A stretch of 64,000 nt of DNA from Macrostomum hystrix (taxonomy: Eukaryota > Animalia > Platyhelminthes): the NCBI GenBank assembly GCA_950097015.1, contig CATNEN010000011.1:1426001-1490000 (forward strand). Reading direction: 5' to 3'. Within the stretch, counting starts at the first letter, position 1, and the number at the start of each line of letters is the position of its first letter. The notes under the pieces are model-generated. The model searched no databases. It was not told the origin of the DNA and worked only from the letters and a program-made list of their open reading frames with translations. The position numbers were made by a program, and so were the translations under genes. Shown piece after piece: positions 36,081 through 52,699 of this stretch.

Positions 36081-36679
36081 TGGAAATTGGAATGCGGCAT
36101 TAACAGTTCAAAGAACACGCTGTTTTCCCCCTGGGAAAATACCATAGGGAAATTTCAAATACCCACTGCCTACTTCACGATAGCTCCCAAACCGAATGAC
36201 CGATTTTCGTGAAATTCCGCCATATGATCAAAGTTTTCGCCCTTTCACCGATTTCTTGTAGAAGACCCTGGTGACAAGGGACCACTAACATTGCTTTTTT
36301 TAAACCTCTAATGGGAATCCATATTTCTTCAATAATATAAAAATCTAGAATAATAGACGACATTGTCAGATTAAGAAAAAAGAAAGTCACAGTATTTATC
36401 ACTTAGCAGGAAATCATTTTCACTTTCTTTTTCATAATTTCTGTTGCTTATTTACTAAAGCACCAACAAAACTTTGAGTTAGCAAAATTGGGATAAGCAA
36501 AGAACTAAACACAATCTAACGTAGTTTATCAAGTGCTCTAGAAGGCCTTAAAGTGCACAAAGTTTCAATAAATCAAGCCAGCAAATTTTATTTCAAACAA
36601 AAAGAAAATACTAAAAACAGAAAGCGATGCATTCTCGAATTATCAAGTTAAAGCACACCTGTATTACTGTTAATTAAGG

Positions 36680-37452
36680 TGCAAGACGTGGGAGAGATAA
36701 GACACGGGAGAGATAAGACACAGGAGAGATGAGACACGGGAGAGATAAGACACAGGAGAGATGAGACACGGGAGAGATGAGACACAGGAGAGATGAGACA
36801 CGGAAGAGATGAGACACAGGAGAGATGAGACACGGAAGAGATGAGACACAGGAGAGATAAGACACCGGAGTGATGAGACACGGGGAGATGAGACACGGGG
36901 GAGATGAGACACGGGAGAGATGAGACATGGGAGAGATGAGACACGGGGGAGATGAGACACGGGAGAGATGAGACACGGGAGAGATAAGACACAGGAGAGA
37001 TGAGATACGGGAGAGATGAGACACAGGAGAGATGGGACACCGGAGAGATGAGACACGGGGGAGATGAGACACGGGAGAGATGAGACACAGGAGAGATGAG
37101 ACACGGAAGAGATGAGACACAGGAGAGATGGGACACCGGAGAGATGAGACACGGGGGAGATGAGACACGGGAGAGATGAGACATGGGAGAGATGAGACAC
37201 GGGAGAGATGAGACATGGGAGAGATGAGACACCGGAGAGATGAGACACGGGGGAGATGAGACAAAGGGGATATGAGACACGGGATATATGAGACACGGGA
37301 GATAGCAGATAAGATTAGAATGTGGGGAGATAAGATTTGAGAGATGAGATACTATCTCTCTCCTAACTAATATTTCTACAGTTAATGCGGCCCGCTGTCG
37401 TCTTTTAGGTTCTCTCTTTGGCCCGCTAGCTAGTAAGTTTTGCAGACCCCAA
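36680..37452. mobile_element. Partial second copy of the hAT-like element: inverted (GGAGAGATGAGACAC)n array plus right end
   Basis: 37365-37452 matches 33440-33525 (GCTGTCGTCTTT.AGGTTCTCTCTTTGGCCCGCTA..AGTTT.GC.GACCCCA). The array is the reverse complement of the one in 32810-33440. Confidence 0.7.
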
Positions 37453-37849
37453 TCCTAGATCGGTTTTTTATAATCTCCGATCACCAAAGCTTTTACTCGA
37501 TGCTACATAAGATCCATCCAAGAAAAAACAGAATAGTCAAACAGTATCAACACAAGACGTCAACTTTAAAAGTATGCACTTTAAGATTACGAATTTAAAT
37601 GCTCTGAATAGCATCCATCAAAATTGCTTATAAAATGGGATAAGGGACATTATTAACGTTAACGTGATAAGTATGACAGAACTTATCACATATTTGTAAA
37701 AAATGCGAAAATACATAAACAGGGACGTATTTCTTGAAATGTGTCAGTTATAAGACTAGGAGACAAGGCATGATCTGCATCATTGTCTAAATGATCGTCA
37801 TGTACCTATTTCTGGACTCCAAATCCTATATCAAGAATCTTTATCGAAA

Positions 37850-38510
37850 GTCTAGTATCCCAATCATATATCTAAAATCACAATCCTATATCAAGAATCC
37901 TAATCCATTATCTAGAATCCCAATCCTATATCAAGAATCCTAATCCAATATCTAGAATCCTAATCCAATATCTAGAATCCTAATCCAATATCTAGAATCC
38001 TAATCCAATATCTAGAATCCCAATCCTATATCAACAATCCTAATCCAATATCTAGAATCCTAATCCAATATTTAGAATCCTAATCCAATATCTAGAATCC
38101 TAATCCAATATCTAGAATCCTAATCAAATATCTAGAATCCTAATCCAATATCTAGAATCCTAATCCAATATCTAGAATCCCAATCCAATATCTAGAATCC
38201 TAATCCAATATCTAGAATCCTAATCCAATATCTAGAATCCTAATCCAATATCTAGAATCCTAATCCAATATCTAGAATCCTAATCCAATATCTAGAATCC
38301 CAATCCTATATCAATAATCCTAATCCAATATCTAGAATCCCAATCCTATATCAAGAATCCTAATCCAATATCTAGAATCCTAATCCAATATCTAGAATCC
38401 TAATCCAATATCTAGAATCCCAATCCTATATCAATAATCCTAATCCAATATCTAGAATCCAAATCCAATATCTAGAATCCTAATCCTATACAAAATCCCA
38501 ATCCAATAAA
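37850..38510. repeat. 20-bp minisatellite (AATCCTAATCCAATATCTAG)n
   Basis: About 30 tandem units just 3' of RPC4. Confidence 0.95.
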
Positions 38511-38604
38511 AATATAGATTCAGAATCCTAGATTTCGAGTCAAAATTCTTTACTGGAATCCCAATCCCACAGGATGCAAAGAAGCAAAAGATTAAAGGGC
38601 AACA

Positions 38605-41067
38605 TCAAACAGATCCCGTAGTCCCGAAAGCATCATCGTGAATGCAGTCAGTTGTTAAAGAAGTGTTCCCAGTTGTTGCAGAAGCAGCTGAGGCGGCGGA
38701 GGCAGCGGCGGCAGTCAAAAGTGCATCAATATCTGGCGAACAAATCATTCGCTTGTCGATTCGGCCAAGGCTGTGCAGATCGGCAACGTCCGACTCAAAA
38801 TTTGCGTCCTCGCTTAGCCTCTGCAGCAGTAGGAGCTCCTGGAGATGGTTAACATCGGCGCCTAAGCTGACATTGAAGGCGACAGGCTGACTGGCACCGC
38901 TGTCTAGGAGGAGGCGAACCTCGCCGGTGTCAAGAATCTGTGGGCGAAGTTTAAATATAGTTTTTTAAAGCAGAAAATGAGATGAAGAAAGGAAAAATAG
39001 ATTGGGTTAACGACCGACTGATTGGGTAACGACAGACTGATAGGGTTAGGACCGACTGATTGGGTAATGACAGACTGATTGGGTAATGACCGACTGACTG
39101 GGTTATGACCGACTGACTGGGTTATGACCGACTTATTGGGTAATGACCGATTGACTGAGTAATGACCGACTGATTGGGTTATGACCGACTAATTGGGTCC
39201 GACTGATTGGGTAATGTCGAACTAATTAGGGTAGTGACGTATTAATTGGGGTAATGACGAACTAATTGGGTAAATGACCGAAAGATTGAGGCAATGAGCG
39301 ATTGATTATTGTAATGACCGAGACCAATTTGTGTAATCGACGGCAATACAAAGGAGATTAGGTTTAAAAAAACAGGTTGAATTAGCAGTCTACCTGCAAT
39401 GTTCCAATCGGGCCGTCGGGCCACTGAGCAATGTTCTCAGGTCCGCCGGCGTGATCGCCAGCTGCACCAGCAGCCGGATCTGCAGTGGAGCAACGCCTGG
39501 GCAGCACTGACGGCAGTTGAATAGTGAAGAATTCACCTGTAGATGAGCAGCTGGCTAGAAGATCAGCTGGCGTTTCAGCGGCATCAGCAGCAGCAGCAGT
39601 AGCAGCAGCAGAGTCTAGCACATCGACATCCATTGGTTCGTCTTTAACAATGGCCAGTTTGGCAGGAGAGGCGGCAGTCAACGATGTCGGCACCCTGACG
39701 GGATGCGAATCACCCTGGCGCAAATCGGCTATAAAATAGCCACCGCCAGGTCCTTTGTTGCGTTCAGATTTTTGACGAATTTCTACGACGGGTTCAAGTT
39801 TGACTTCGACGGAATCGTCGTCTAGGGCGGCGGAGGCTCGAGAACCTCCTCCGCCGCCGCCGCCGCGGCCGAAGCCACCGCGACCGCCGCGCGACATCGC
39901 ACCGCCGGTTCTGTCAGCCCCGCCGAGGCCTTCGGCAAATATTGAATGCGTCTGTACAAAATTTCCGTGACCGTAACGGCCGAAAGACTTGCCGCCGTCG
40001 TCTTTGCCACCGGGTCCAGCAGACTTCCTGTTAAATTTCTTGCCATCCACGCCGTTCAGTTCGTCACGTGACTTCTGTTTGAAAGGCAAAGTGGCAGGTA
40101 AGGGATTTTAAGATTAATGATTCCTGATCAGATTGCAGGTTTGGGATTTTGTACTCAGATTTTAGGATTTGGGATTTCCTGATCAGATTGTATGATTTGG
40201 GATTTCCTGATCAGATTGTAGGATTTGGGATTTTGTATTCAGGTTGTAGGATTTGGGATTTTGTACTCAGATTTTAGGATTTGGGATTTCCTGATCAGAT
40301 TGTAGGATTTGGGATTTCCTGATCAGATTGTAGGATTTGGGATTTTGTATTCAGGTTGTAGGATTTGGGATTTTGTACTCAGATTTTAGGATTTGGGATT
40401 TCCTGATCAGATTCTAGGATTTGGGATTTTGTATTCAGATTGTAGGATTTGGGATTTTGTATTCAGATTGTAGGATTTGGGATATCCTAAACAGATTCTC
40501 AGGATTCGGGATTTCCTGATCAGATTCCAGTATTCGGGATTTCCTAATCATATTTGCAGGATTTGGGATTTCCTGAACAGATTGTAAGATTTGAAGTTTT
40601 TAATTATAATTATGGCTGTAGGAAAACTGACAAAAGCACACCTGTTGCGATTTCTCGCTCTGCTTATCATTGTCCTTATTAGCCTGGGCGTTCTTAGCAA
40701 CGTTGAGATTTGGCACAAAAGTTCGCTTAGTGGTTGAGGCTGGATTGGCAGGTCCGCTGACTGGGGCTGCACTCGAGGTAGACATCAAATTAGCTGGTAC
40801 TGGACTGGCGAATGCGGCTGTTCGACCTCTTGAAGCACCGCCGCCTCCGCCGCCCAAGGTCAGGTCTCTGGTTGGCCTCAACGATGGCAGCCGACCGCCA
40901 ACGGTTGGCATGGACGCTTGGCCGCCTAGCAACAAGCTACTATTGACAGGTGAAAAAATCGTAGAAGCTGATGAAGGATTCTGAGATGATGATGAAGAGC
41001 CACCGCCGCCGCCGCGACCGCGAGCTCCGCCACCGTCGCCGGCTTGACGATGGCCTTCGAAACTCAT
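38605..41067 (-). CDS. POLR3D: RNA polymerase III subunit RPC4/C53 (exons 41067-40642, 40074-39394, 38937-38605)
   Basis: N-terminal RLPSLRPTRDLTLGG..KRTFVPNL; FFTIQLPSVLP; C-terminal IGTLQ|ILDTGEVRLLL..HLQELL..LGRIDKRMICSPDIDALL. Both introns are phase-0 GT-AG. Confidence 0.85.
39000..39290. repeat. ~19-bp minisatellite (ACCGACTGATTGGGTAATG)n in RPC4 intron 2
   Basis: Degenerate tandem units. Confidence 0.9.
40130..40590. repeat. ~28-bp minisatellite (GGATTTGGGATTTCCTGATCAGATTGTA)n in RPC4 intron 1
   Basis: Tandem units with two variants. Confidence 0.9.
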
Positions 41068-41979
41068 AACGCTGATTTAGATTTTTAAATAACGTGTTTA
41101 GATAGAAATTTACTGAAAAGGAGTTTGAAACAAAACGTTAGAAATTCATTCTACAGCTTATTAAAATTCTATAAGACTATAACGCAAAACACTTTTTTAA
41201 ACCAGAAAGGCTTAAGATTTTCCAAAACCGCAACATTAAGCCACTGAGTCATCAGTTATCTGAATTCAAATAATTCAATTTCACATTTATTTTTTTATCG
41301 ATTACAGCTGAACTTTGCCACGCTAGATTCCTCTCTTCTTCGAGGAAGAAGACACTGTCTTTGCGAATGCAATCGAATGGGAATCTGCAGCAAAACAATA
41401 GCTTGCTAGATTCGAAGACACCAATTGAATTCTTCGATTATAATTTAGGTTTGTTATTTATAATTATCGTTCAGAAGACTGCAAACCGCGAGTCACTGGG
41501 ACACCAGACTAACAGGCGAGAGCAAACAGACAAACAGCAATTTAGAACAACAAAAATATAGATAATAATGCATGACGTGTCACAAGCAATTACACTAGAC
41601 CGCAGACAAACGTCTATCAGACAAGGCTTCAACTGACCTAGTTTTTTTCACGGGAAAACTTTAAAACTTAAGAAAAACGCTTTTAACTTAAACTAACTGA
41701 TAACAATCAGATTCATGATTAAAGTTACCGGTTAACCGATTTTTTCATTTTAAGTAAACTAACTTAAAAACGAAAAAACCTAGCTTAGTTTGTTTTAGCC
41801 CAAAATATTGAATAGTAACCCGTTAGTTTAAACTAATGAATAACGCTTCAAAAAGTAACGAATACTCAATCTAGTTAATGCGAAAATGTAACGATTACTG
41901 ATGGTTCCTTTTGTTTGCATTCTAAAAGCTAACTTAATATTAGATCTACCTTAGGCAGCAACCAAACACAGTTACCAAA

Positions 41980-43412
41980 TCAGTCTGCCCCGTCACCATT
42001 CTCATCTCCGTCATCGCCGCCGCCCTCTTTTTCGTCGTCGTCTTCGCTATCAACTTCGGAATCTTCATCGCCGCTGACCTCCTTATTAGCCAGTTCGAGA
42101 TCTTCCAGTTTCTGTTTGAGTTCAGCCTCCTCAGTGTCTGAGATCACCCATGGCTCGCGTTTGATGTTGAATACGCCGCCTCGGCCTTCAATGTCGGCTT
42201 TTACGTCGTCCAAAGCGGCGCGCATCTTAGTCAGGCCCTCCTGCCTGTCCAGAGTGGAGGTGGTGACCACATACTCTGGCGGGGCGATGAGGTTGATGCG
42301 CAACGGAAACTCTTCAGTGGCATGCTTTAGGCCGGCTTTCAAGGCCGACTTCACGGCGTCGATGCCTTCGTAGGTGAAGCAGGAGACTTCAATGTCGCTG
42401 CGAATTCTAACAGCCTGCGGCATCAGGCGACGGCGAATGTTTTCAAGCAGGACCTCCTTGGCCTTTTCGTCGATTTCGCATTCGTTCAGAACCTGGAGAA
42501 TTTTTTTCAAATGTGGAGAATAAACGAGACGATTATTGGAGTTCTCAAAACTTAAGAAAGGGTTTTAAATATGGAGAGGTTGCAGCCTAGTAGTTAGAGC
42601 GTCGGAATCACAATTTGGAGGTCAGGGGTTCGATTCCCGACTCCACTGGAACAGCCTTTGTCCTTTGATAGCAAGACACTTAAACTCTGCATTGCTTCAG
42701 TTCACCCAACTGTAAAATGGGTGCCAGAATTAGCTGGGGTAATTGTGGGAGGGCGTGGCTTCCACCCAGTCCATGGACTGAACGGTTGTACACAGCCTTC
42801 AGATGCGCCGCGCAATATCTGCAACTGTGCTTTCCGCTGAACATGTGTCCATAAGGAAAGATCTTAACTTTGAGCTGCGATTCGAACTCCGCACCTCTAG
42901 TAAATTCTTGAAAATTTAAATGTCAATCTACTTGCCTCCGGATTAGTAACCGAGTGCTTGAAGGTGTCGAAGCTGGCACCGGGCCTATTGTACTTGCGAT
43001 CGAAGTACCAGGCGGTCTTATTGTAGAACTCTTCCAATTGTTCGTCCTTCTCAAAGCCAAGCTTTTCGGCGACGCGTTTCAAAATCTGATTGACAGCTTT
43101 GGCTTTGGCGAATTTCTCTTCACATTTTTCAACTTCCTCTTGGGAAACGCGCCGCTTGGACAGATCAATGTAGCCCTTGTTCTTGTCCACGCGAATCACT
43201 AGCACGACTTCGTCTCGGCCAACACGAATGAGTTTATTGATTGAACGGATGCGACGGCGAGACAGTTCAGACAGTAGGATCATGCCTTCAATGTTGTTGT
43301 ACTCCAACAGGTGAACATAGGCGCCCATCTCTTGGATGCTGCGCACCTTCACCATCACAACCTCTTCTAATTCGGGAAACCGCTTCTCGTAATAGCGACA
43401 GGAGAGAGGCAT
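41980..43412 (-). CDS. EIF2S1: Translation initiation factor eIF2-alpha (exons 43412-42936 and 42492-41980)
   Basis: [17 protein letters not shown]; [16 protein letters not shown] (Ser51 site); [11 protein letters not shown]; [11 protein letters not shown]; LIAPPEYV; acidic tail. The intron is GC-AG. Confidence 0.97.
42575..42845 (+). mobile_element. tRNA-derived SINE with CORE-like body, in the eIF2-alpha intron
   Basis: A box-like GCAGCCTAGTAGTTAGAGC; B box GGTTCGATTCC; GCAAGACACTTAAACTCTGCATTGCTTCAGTTCACCCAACTGTAAAATGGG. Confidence 0.85.
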
Positions 43413-43459
43413 GACTGCAGCGGCTGCAGAGAGAGGTTTTTATGAGAATAATAAAAATA

Positions 43460-44365
43460 AACACACTCAGAATCCATCTAAACACACCCAGAATCCCTAT
43501 AAACACACTTATAATCCATATAAACACACCCAGAATCCCTATAAACACTTATAATCCATATAAACACACTCTGAATACATCTAAACACACACAGAATACA
43601 TCTAAACACACACAGAATACATCTAAACACACACAGAATCCATATAAACACACACAGAATCCATATAAACACACCCAGAATCCATCTAAACACACTTAGA
43701 ATCCATCTATACACACTTAGAATCCAGCTAAACACACCCAGAATCCCTATAAACACACTTAAAATCCATCTAAAAACATCCAGAATCTATTTAAACACAC
43801 TTAGAATCCATATAAACACACCCATAATCCATATAAACACACCCATAATCCACATAAACACACCCAGAATCCCTATAAACACACCCGGAATCCCTATAAA
43901 CACACCCAGAATCCATATAAACGCACCCATAATCCACATAAACACGCCCATAATCCCTATAAACACACCCAGAATCCATATAAACACACCCATAATCCAC
44001 ATAAACACACCCATAATCCCTATAAACACGCCCATAATCCCTATAAACACACCCATAATCCCTATAAACACACCCATAATCCCTATAAACACACCCATAA
44101 TCCCTATAAACACACCCATAATCCCTATAAACACACCCATAATCCATATAAACACACCCATAATCCCTATAAACACACCCATAATCCCTATAAACACACC
44201 CATAATCCATCTAAACACACCCATAATCCATATAAACACACCCATAATCCCTATAAACACACCCATAATCCCTATAAACACACCCATAATCCATATAAAC
44301 ACACCCATAATCCCTATAAACACACCCATAATCCCTATAAACACACCTATAATCCATATAAACAC
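43460..44365. repeat. 21-bp minisatellite (CATAATCCCTATAAACACACC)n immediately 5' of eIF2-alpha
   Basis: About 40 tandem units. The overlapping ORFs are artefacts. Confidence 0.95.
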
Positions 44366-45101
44366 AATCGTTTCATCGTTTAAGAATCTATCTAAAATCA
44401 TTGAATTCTAAATGCGTCAACAATAAAACGATAAACGATAGAGGTCAAACTTTTATTATCTGCAAAGTGTCCAAATACCCAAAACTAGGGAAGGCTGCGT
44501 CTACAATGCGCCGTGTAATTATCAATTATAACAAAGCTAGTAAAAGTTACTTTTAGCATTTCTAGGCATAGCAACCAAACTAACCAAATAAGTCATGCTT
44601 TAAAAAGTCATGAAAATGAATTCCAGATAAATGATACGCAATAAAAAAGAAATTTAAATCAAAGTTTGATCAAATGAAGGTTTTTGTGATAACTAATAAC
44701 CGCTCTAGATGATTTTAAGATGAAGCGGAATGTAAAGTATTGCTTCAAAATAATTAACGCAAGTATTAAAAAAACTCACCGCTCAAAACACGTTAGTGAC
44801 GTTTATAAATCTTTCATTGTCGCATTGAAGGCACTTAGAAGGTACTGAATTATTTCGAACAAAAATGGGCAAGACAGTCAATATCATTGCCTATTGCATT
44901 TTCGATTTGCCAACAATTCACACTGTATAACAATCAGAAAGTGAAACTAATTATTTTTAGCAACAACCAATAACACAGAGTAGACTAACAGATTTTGTAA
45001 ACCAAAACCTCTAATATATCTTTATTCAACCGAAAATCGTGTCTTTCAAATCGATACTTATCTAGCTATCCGCACGAATATATAAATAGTATGTTTGGCC
45101 T

Positions 45102-47628
<2,527 letters not shown>

Positions 47629-50600
47629 TGTTTCAATGCGGCTTATTTTTTGGTTAATATGACAATGCTTCAAACTGAAGTAAAAATGAAATAACAGAAA
47701 CTTAAATTAAAAACAAATTATCATTTACATTGTTATGAAGTTAATCGACAGAAAATTGTGTTATTTTATGCTAGGACAAATTTTAATCACTAGGCCATTC
47801 ATCATTGACAAAAAATTCAATAGTAATTATAAAATAAAATTTAAAAAATGTGATATTTACAGTGCTGTAATAATTATAGTAGCAGAATAAGTGCAACATA
47901 CAAAAACAATTATAGCAATGCTACTTAAAGTTATTTGATTTCAGACATGAATTGTATAAACAATAGTTTATAAGTCTCAGTAAAAATGTCTTTTAAGCCT
48001 AGTAATTTCTAAAAAACGAATATTGTAATTATTAGAGACACCTAAATATATACTTTTTGTTATTTATCAGAAGCTAAAAGTAGAAAAACCATGCAAGACA
48101 GACTAATGAACAGTTTTGGGTATTTTTACTATTGAAAGCTATCATTGTCATAGCCACACAAGGTTGGATACAGATCAAGCCAGCTGATTGGAACTACCAT
48201 TGATTTTTACTTACACATGATAAATCTTTCTGGTATACTGTACAAATAATTTACAAAATTATCAAAGAGCTCTACCACCAGTATTTTTTGTTTAAATTAT
48301 TCATGAATCCATTTTAAAGCAAAATTTTATAAAACAACAATATAAAAAACTTTAGGTTTTAGGGAACTGAATCAAGGACTGTTTTAAAGAGTTTAATATT
48401 TACTAAGAGATAATTTAAGAGTTATTTAAGCTAGCTATAGGCCTAGAATTCTATTAGATCTATTATATTAGGCCTACTAATTTTACATAGCCTATAGACC
48501 AATATAAGTTAGGGCTTGTTTTAATTTCTTAGAAAGTATTTCCTGTGAATAATATAAAGTTTGTTGAGATGGGCAACATTTATTTTCTTAGAAATATGTT
48601 AATTTTTGTTTGAATACACTCCAATTTGTTAAAATGCACCAAATTTTTTTATATGCACCAACGCACCAAAATATAAAAAGTTATAATGAAGTGAAGAAGG
48701 GGGAGGAGTGAGAAAAAAATGCATAAATACATGGGTAAGATAAAGCTGAGAATCAACGTTTTACATTTTGTGTTTGTGTAGGTATTGAAACATTCAGAAT
48801 AAAGAAAGCTTGAAAGTGTTTGTCTCAAAGTTACTTGAAGATATGAAGAAAGAGAAGTGAGTATAGTAAAAAGAGAGCTGTAAACCTAGATCCACTGGTA
48901 AAGCCCAAGAGGGACTGAAGATTGAACTGAAGAGTAACTGAAGAGTGATAAAGACTGATAAAGACAGATAAAAACAGATAAAGATCGATAAAAAGTATTT
49001 ACAGAAATAATACAGCAAAGTTATAAGTGAAAGTTATCAGCCATATTGAAATTATAATGCTACAATATTATATATATAACACTACTAATTTGAATTGAAA
49101 GTGAATAATTAAGGACAATTGTAAGATTGACATAAAGACAGTATTTGAATAAAGTGTATAAGTACTAGAACAACTTTGGTAACAATGGTGGGAGATTAAC
49201 TATTATAAAAAATCCTGTGACAACTTTGGTGGCATCATTAGGATTAGGATGTCATTAAGAAGTTAGCCCTACAAAATTGTATGGAACTACTAAAAATGAA
49301 GTTTTAACAAAGTTGCATAGGTGAGGAGGAGATGAAATCTTACTATAAATACTATAAATAATACTATATCTTATTATCTTATCTTTATCTTACTGCACCT
49401 TTATCTTATCTTATCTTATCTTATATTATCTTATCTTATTATGTTATCTTATATCTTATTAATCTTACTATAAATAAACAAGTAGAATGTAGAAAAAACC
49501 AACCTTTATACTGATGATAACATTCATAATATAAAAAGTTCAGAAGCATTGCAATATTAGTCTTAAATAAGTTATTTTGATAGATATTGAGAAAAAAATA
49601 TATTAAAGTAAAAGAAGAGCTGTAACCCTAGCCCTATTGGAGCCAAAAGGGGTTTTCGTGGACAGTGTCTGGCGCTCTTGTGAAAAATTGCCTGCACGGC
49701 TGCACAGAAAGAAATTTCTGTCTATGCGGCCGTACCTTGTGTGCGTAAAGTTGTCGTTAGTATATAGATGTATAACAAACAGCTTGTGCCCCTATAATAA
49801 CAATATCTTGTGTTCTTTATAAATTCATATTTTGTAATACATTTACTTGTACAAGTACATGTAGATGCAATGCTAGTAGTGAATGCCAGTGCCTCTATAC
49901 TCGCACCTTGTCTGTTTAAATATATGTACATAACGACACATTATAAAATACATTTAAATGTACATGTAGGTGCACCTGGTATAGCAGTATGCACCCGTGC
50001 CATACATCCATGCTATTCTGTGCTTAGGTACACATTTACATATTAGCCTAAATGGAGAAATATTTTTATGGAGGGGTGCACATTTATAGATAGGTGAAGC
50101 ATTGAAAAATGTTATATGGTATATACATCTGTATTTTCACGAAATCACCATGTAGCTGTTCTATTTTTAGAAATACACTACAGAGATCAAAAACAGGTCT
50201 TTTGACATTTTTTGCAAAATCAATCACTACTTTGATTCAGACTGAAGATATATAGCAATTGTGCTTTTGTGCTCTTTTTCTTGAAACCCCTGCGCACCTG
50301 CACGGAGCAGGAGTGTCCGCAGCTTTTTTAAAATTTGTTCCATTAGGATAACCCTAGATCCACCAGCGCATTTAAGATGGACTGGTATATAACTAGAGTG
50401 ATTAAGTGATTGATGAGTAACTGAAAAGTGATAAGAGTGATAAGACTTTCTGAAACCTTTGAGAGATTGATTAAGGTTGATAATGAGTGATAAATAGGCC
50501 TAGCTATAGAGTAATAATGACTAACAATGTGATTAGAGAAATTAATATAGTAAGATATAAGTGCAAATAATAGAAGCTAAGTTATACATAGCAAAGTTGC

Positions 50601-52699
50601 ATATAGTTCAAATTTAGCAATACATGGTAGGTAGGGCCTAGAGTTAGTGCCAGAGAAACTTGCTGAGGTTGGAGACAAAAAACTGTCACTGGTGCCATGC
50701 CATGCTGACTATGTGACTATATATGAAAAATGCAGTCATATCAGCATCAGCTGTCAATAGCATCAGATTGTGATTGTGATCTCAAGGTTACAGAGGTCGA
50801 CTGATAACAACCATTTTAACTAGGCCTACCATGTCAGCAAAGTCCTCAATTCCTTACTCTACATAGTATGCCCCTAGCATTTTGGCAACTATCTATACTG
50901 GCTCACTCATTACTATGCTGGGTAATAATTTTTTGAAAGTCTTATGACCTGCTTTAGGCCTACTGCTGTAATAAACTTGCATTTTTGCTTAAAATTTGGG
51001 GTCAAAATAAATTAATGCAGGAAACTAGGTCATTACCATTTTTACTGTTATTAATAATCATATTAGGCCCTAGTATTCTTAGTTTTATTAATCAGAGTAT
51101 AGTATTGTATAACTGTTAAACTATTACTAATTTACACGTGGAAAAAACAAATCATATAAAAGAGTCTGAGTCCCACTTCTCCTTCGCTATATGGCCTAGC
51201 TAGCTATAGGCCTACCATATAATAGTATATAATTATAGAGACTGAGTGCAGTATGTAATAAGCAGAAAAAACTAAGGAATATTGTATTATAATGACTTTC
51301 TAGATTGATTAATTTAAATAAATAATAATGCAAGCCTGGCTTCAAGCAATTCTTACTATTCTTGTGGAATAGATGACGACACATTTAGGATCCAAGTAGA
51401 CAGCAAGAAGAGAGCATTCTAGAAATTAGTTCGACGTGACGATGTTAAAATATACTAATTTAGCATCTAAGTTTAACAAATTGTAATATGCTAAGTACGT
51501 TCCGAAACTGTTTCAGCTAATAAAGAGATGCGGAAACTTTTAACTATTTTAAGTCTCAAATATTATAGACTAATATTGTTTTAAAAATCTGTATCAAAAA
51601 AAGATTTTACTTTGCCAGCGTATATTGAACCCACACGGCAGCGAGAATAGCTAATTTTGAATATAGTTTTAATGTGCAAGCGAATTAAAGAGGTGCCCGT
51701 CAATGTGTCCAACTTTTTTTGTTACCTAGAACTGTACTGAACTGTCCATCCATTGTTACCGAATTGACCATGTCACCGAACTATCACCGATTGTCATCAG
51801 TTACCGAATCGATTAATTGTTCCCGAATTGGGCTGCTCCCGTTGGTCTTAACTCTGTCTGCGGAATTCCACATATTTAAGCCACCAAAGTTGTTACAGGC
51901 TAATCGTTAATCTACTTAAGTGACAAGTTTTCACTACACAGTTCTAAATTTCAGGTTTTTTTTACAAATACTGGATCAGTATTGCGTCTCATATAATTTA
52001 TATACGTGACGTGTTGTGAAGTTACTGGAAGTGAAGATCTTGTCATTAATAGAACTCAGTTAGATCAAACCGCATTCGGCAAATTGGTTGCTAAACACAA
52101 ATACCAGACTAGATCCGTGTGCAGCTGGTGGAACAAGTATACAATTGGTACAGGTCCTGGTACAATAATTAATGCTATCCAGGAGAGTGCCTTCAAATTA
52201 AAATTAGGCTTGCTGCGTATGGTTTTCCGCAACCTCAGCATACTGCAATGTCTACATATACGCTCGTACATATAATCTCAGATCATGTTAGCAGCTGATC
52301 TGCTAATATAAGATTCTGGTCCTAGATTCAGGCCCCTTTTATAAAGCACTTGATTCTGCAACTTTCAATAGGTCCCTTAATATTTTGAGAAGGATCTTAT
52401 CTGAAACAATTCTATCCAACCATAGTCCGAAAGTTGGAGGTCCATATTAAGTTTTACCATACTGCCTTTACTACTTATAGAAGACATATCGTATATAGCT
52501 TTTGCGATGAAAATTCTGTTTCAATAGCAGCAGCCAATAAAGGAACTACCGCGATTTTACTGGACAGCCATTTAAATTAAATTTCCGTGCAGATCGAGCT
52601 TTCAGAAAATAGATGGCTTTCCTAAAACTGCTGGTTCAACACGAGCACAGCAAGTCGGAGAAGTGCTCATTGATCGAAAATGCTGCCACTATGGACAGT

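Noticed and set aside
42575-42660. Possible functional tRNA gene (also 30730-30800)
   Set aside because: A and B boxes are present, but it continues into a body shared with other dispersed copies and has no clean cloverleaf. It is a SINE head.
28591-44401. Repetitive ORFs ([24 protein letters not shown] and others)
   Set aside because: They coincide exactly with intronic or intergenic minisatellites and are open only because the unit lacks stops.
47700-52000. AT-rich region with PBS-like TGGT(G/A) motifs near 49180-49240 and short duplicated blocks
   Set aside because: Too degenerate. No LTR pair or coding motif is supportable.
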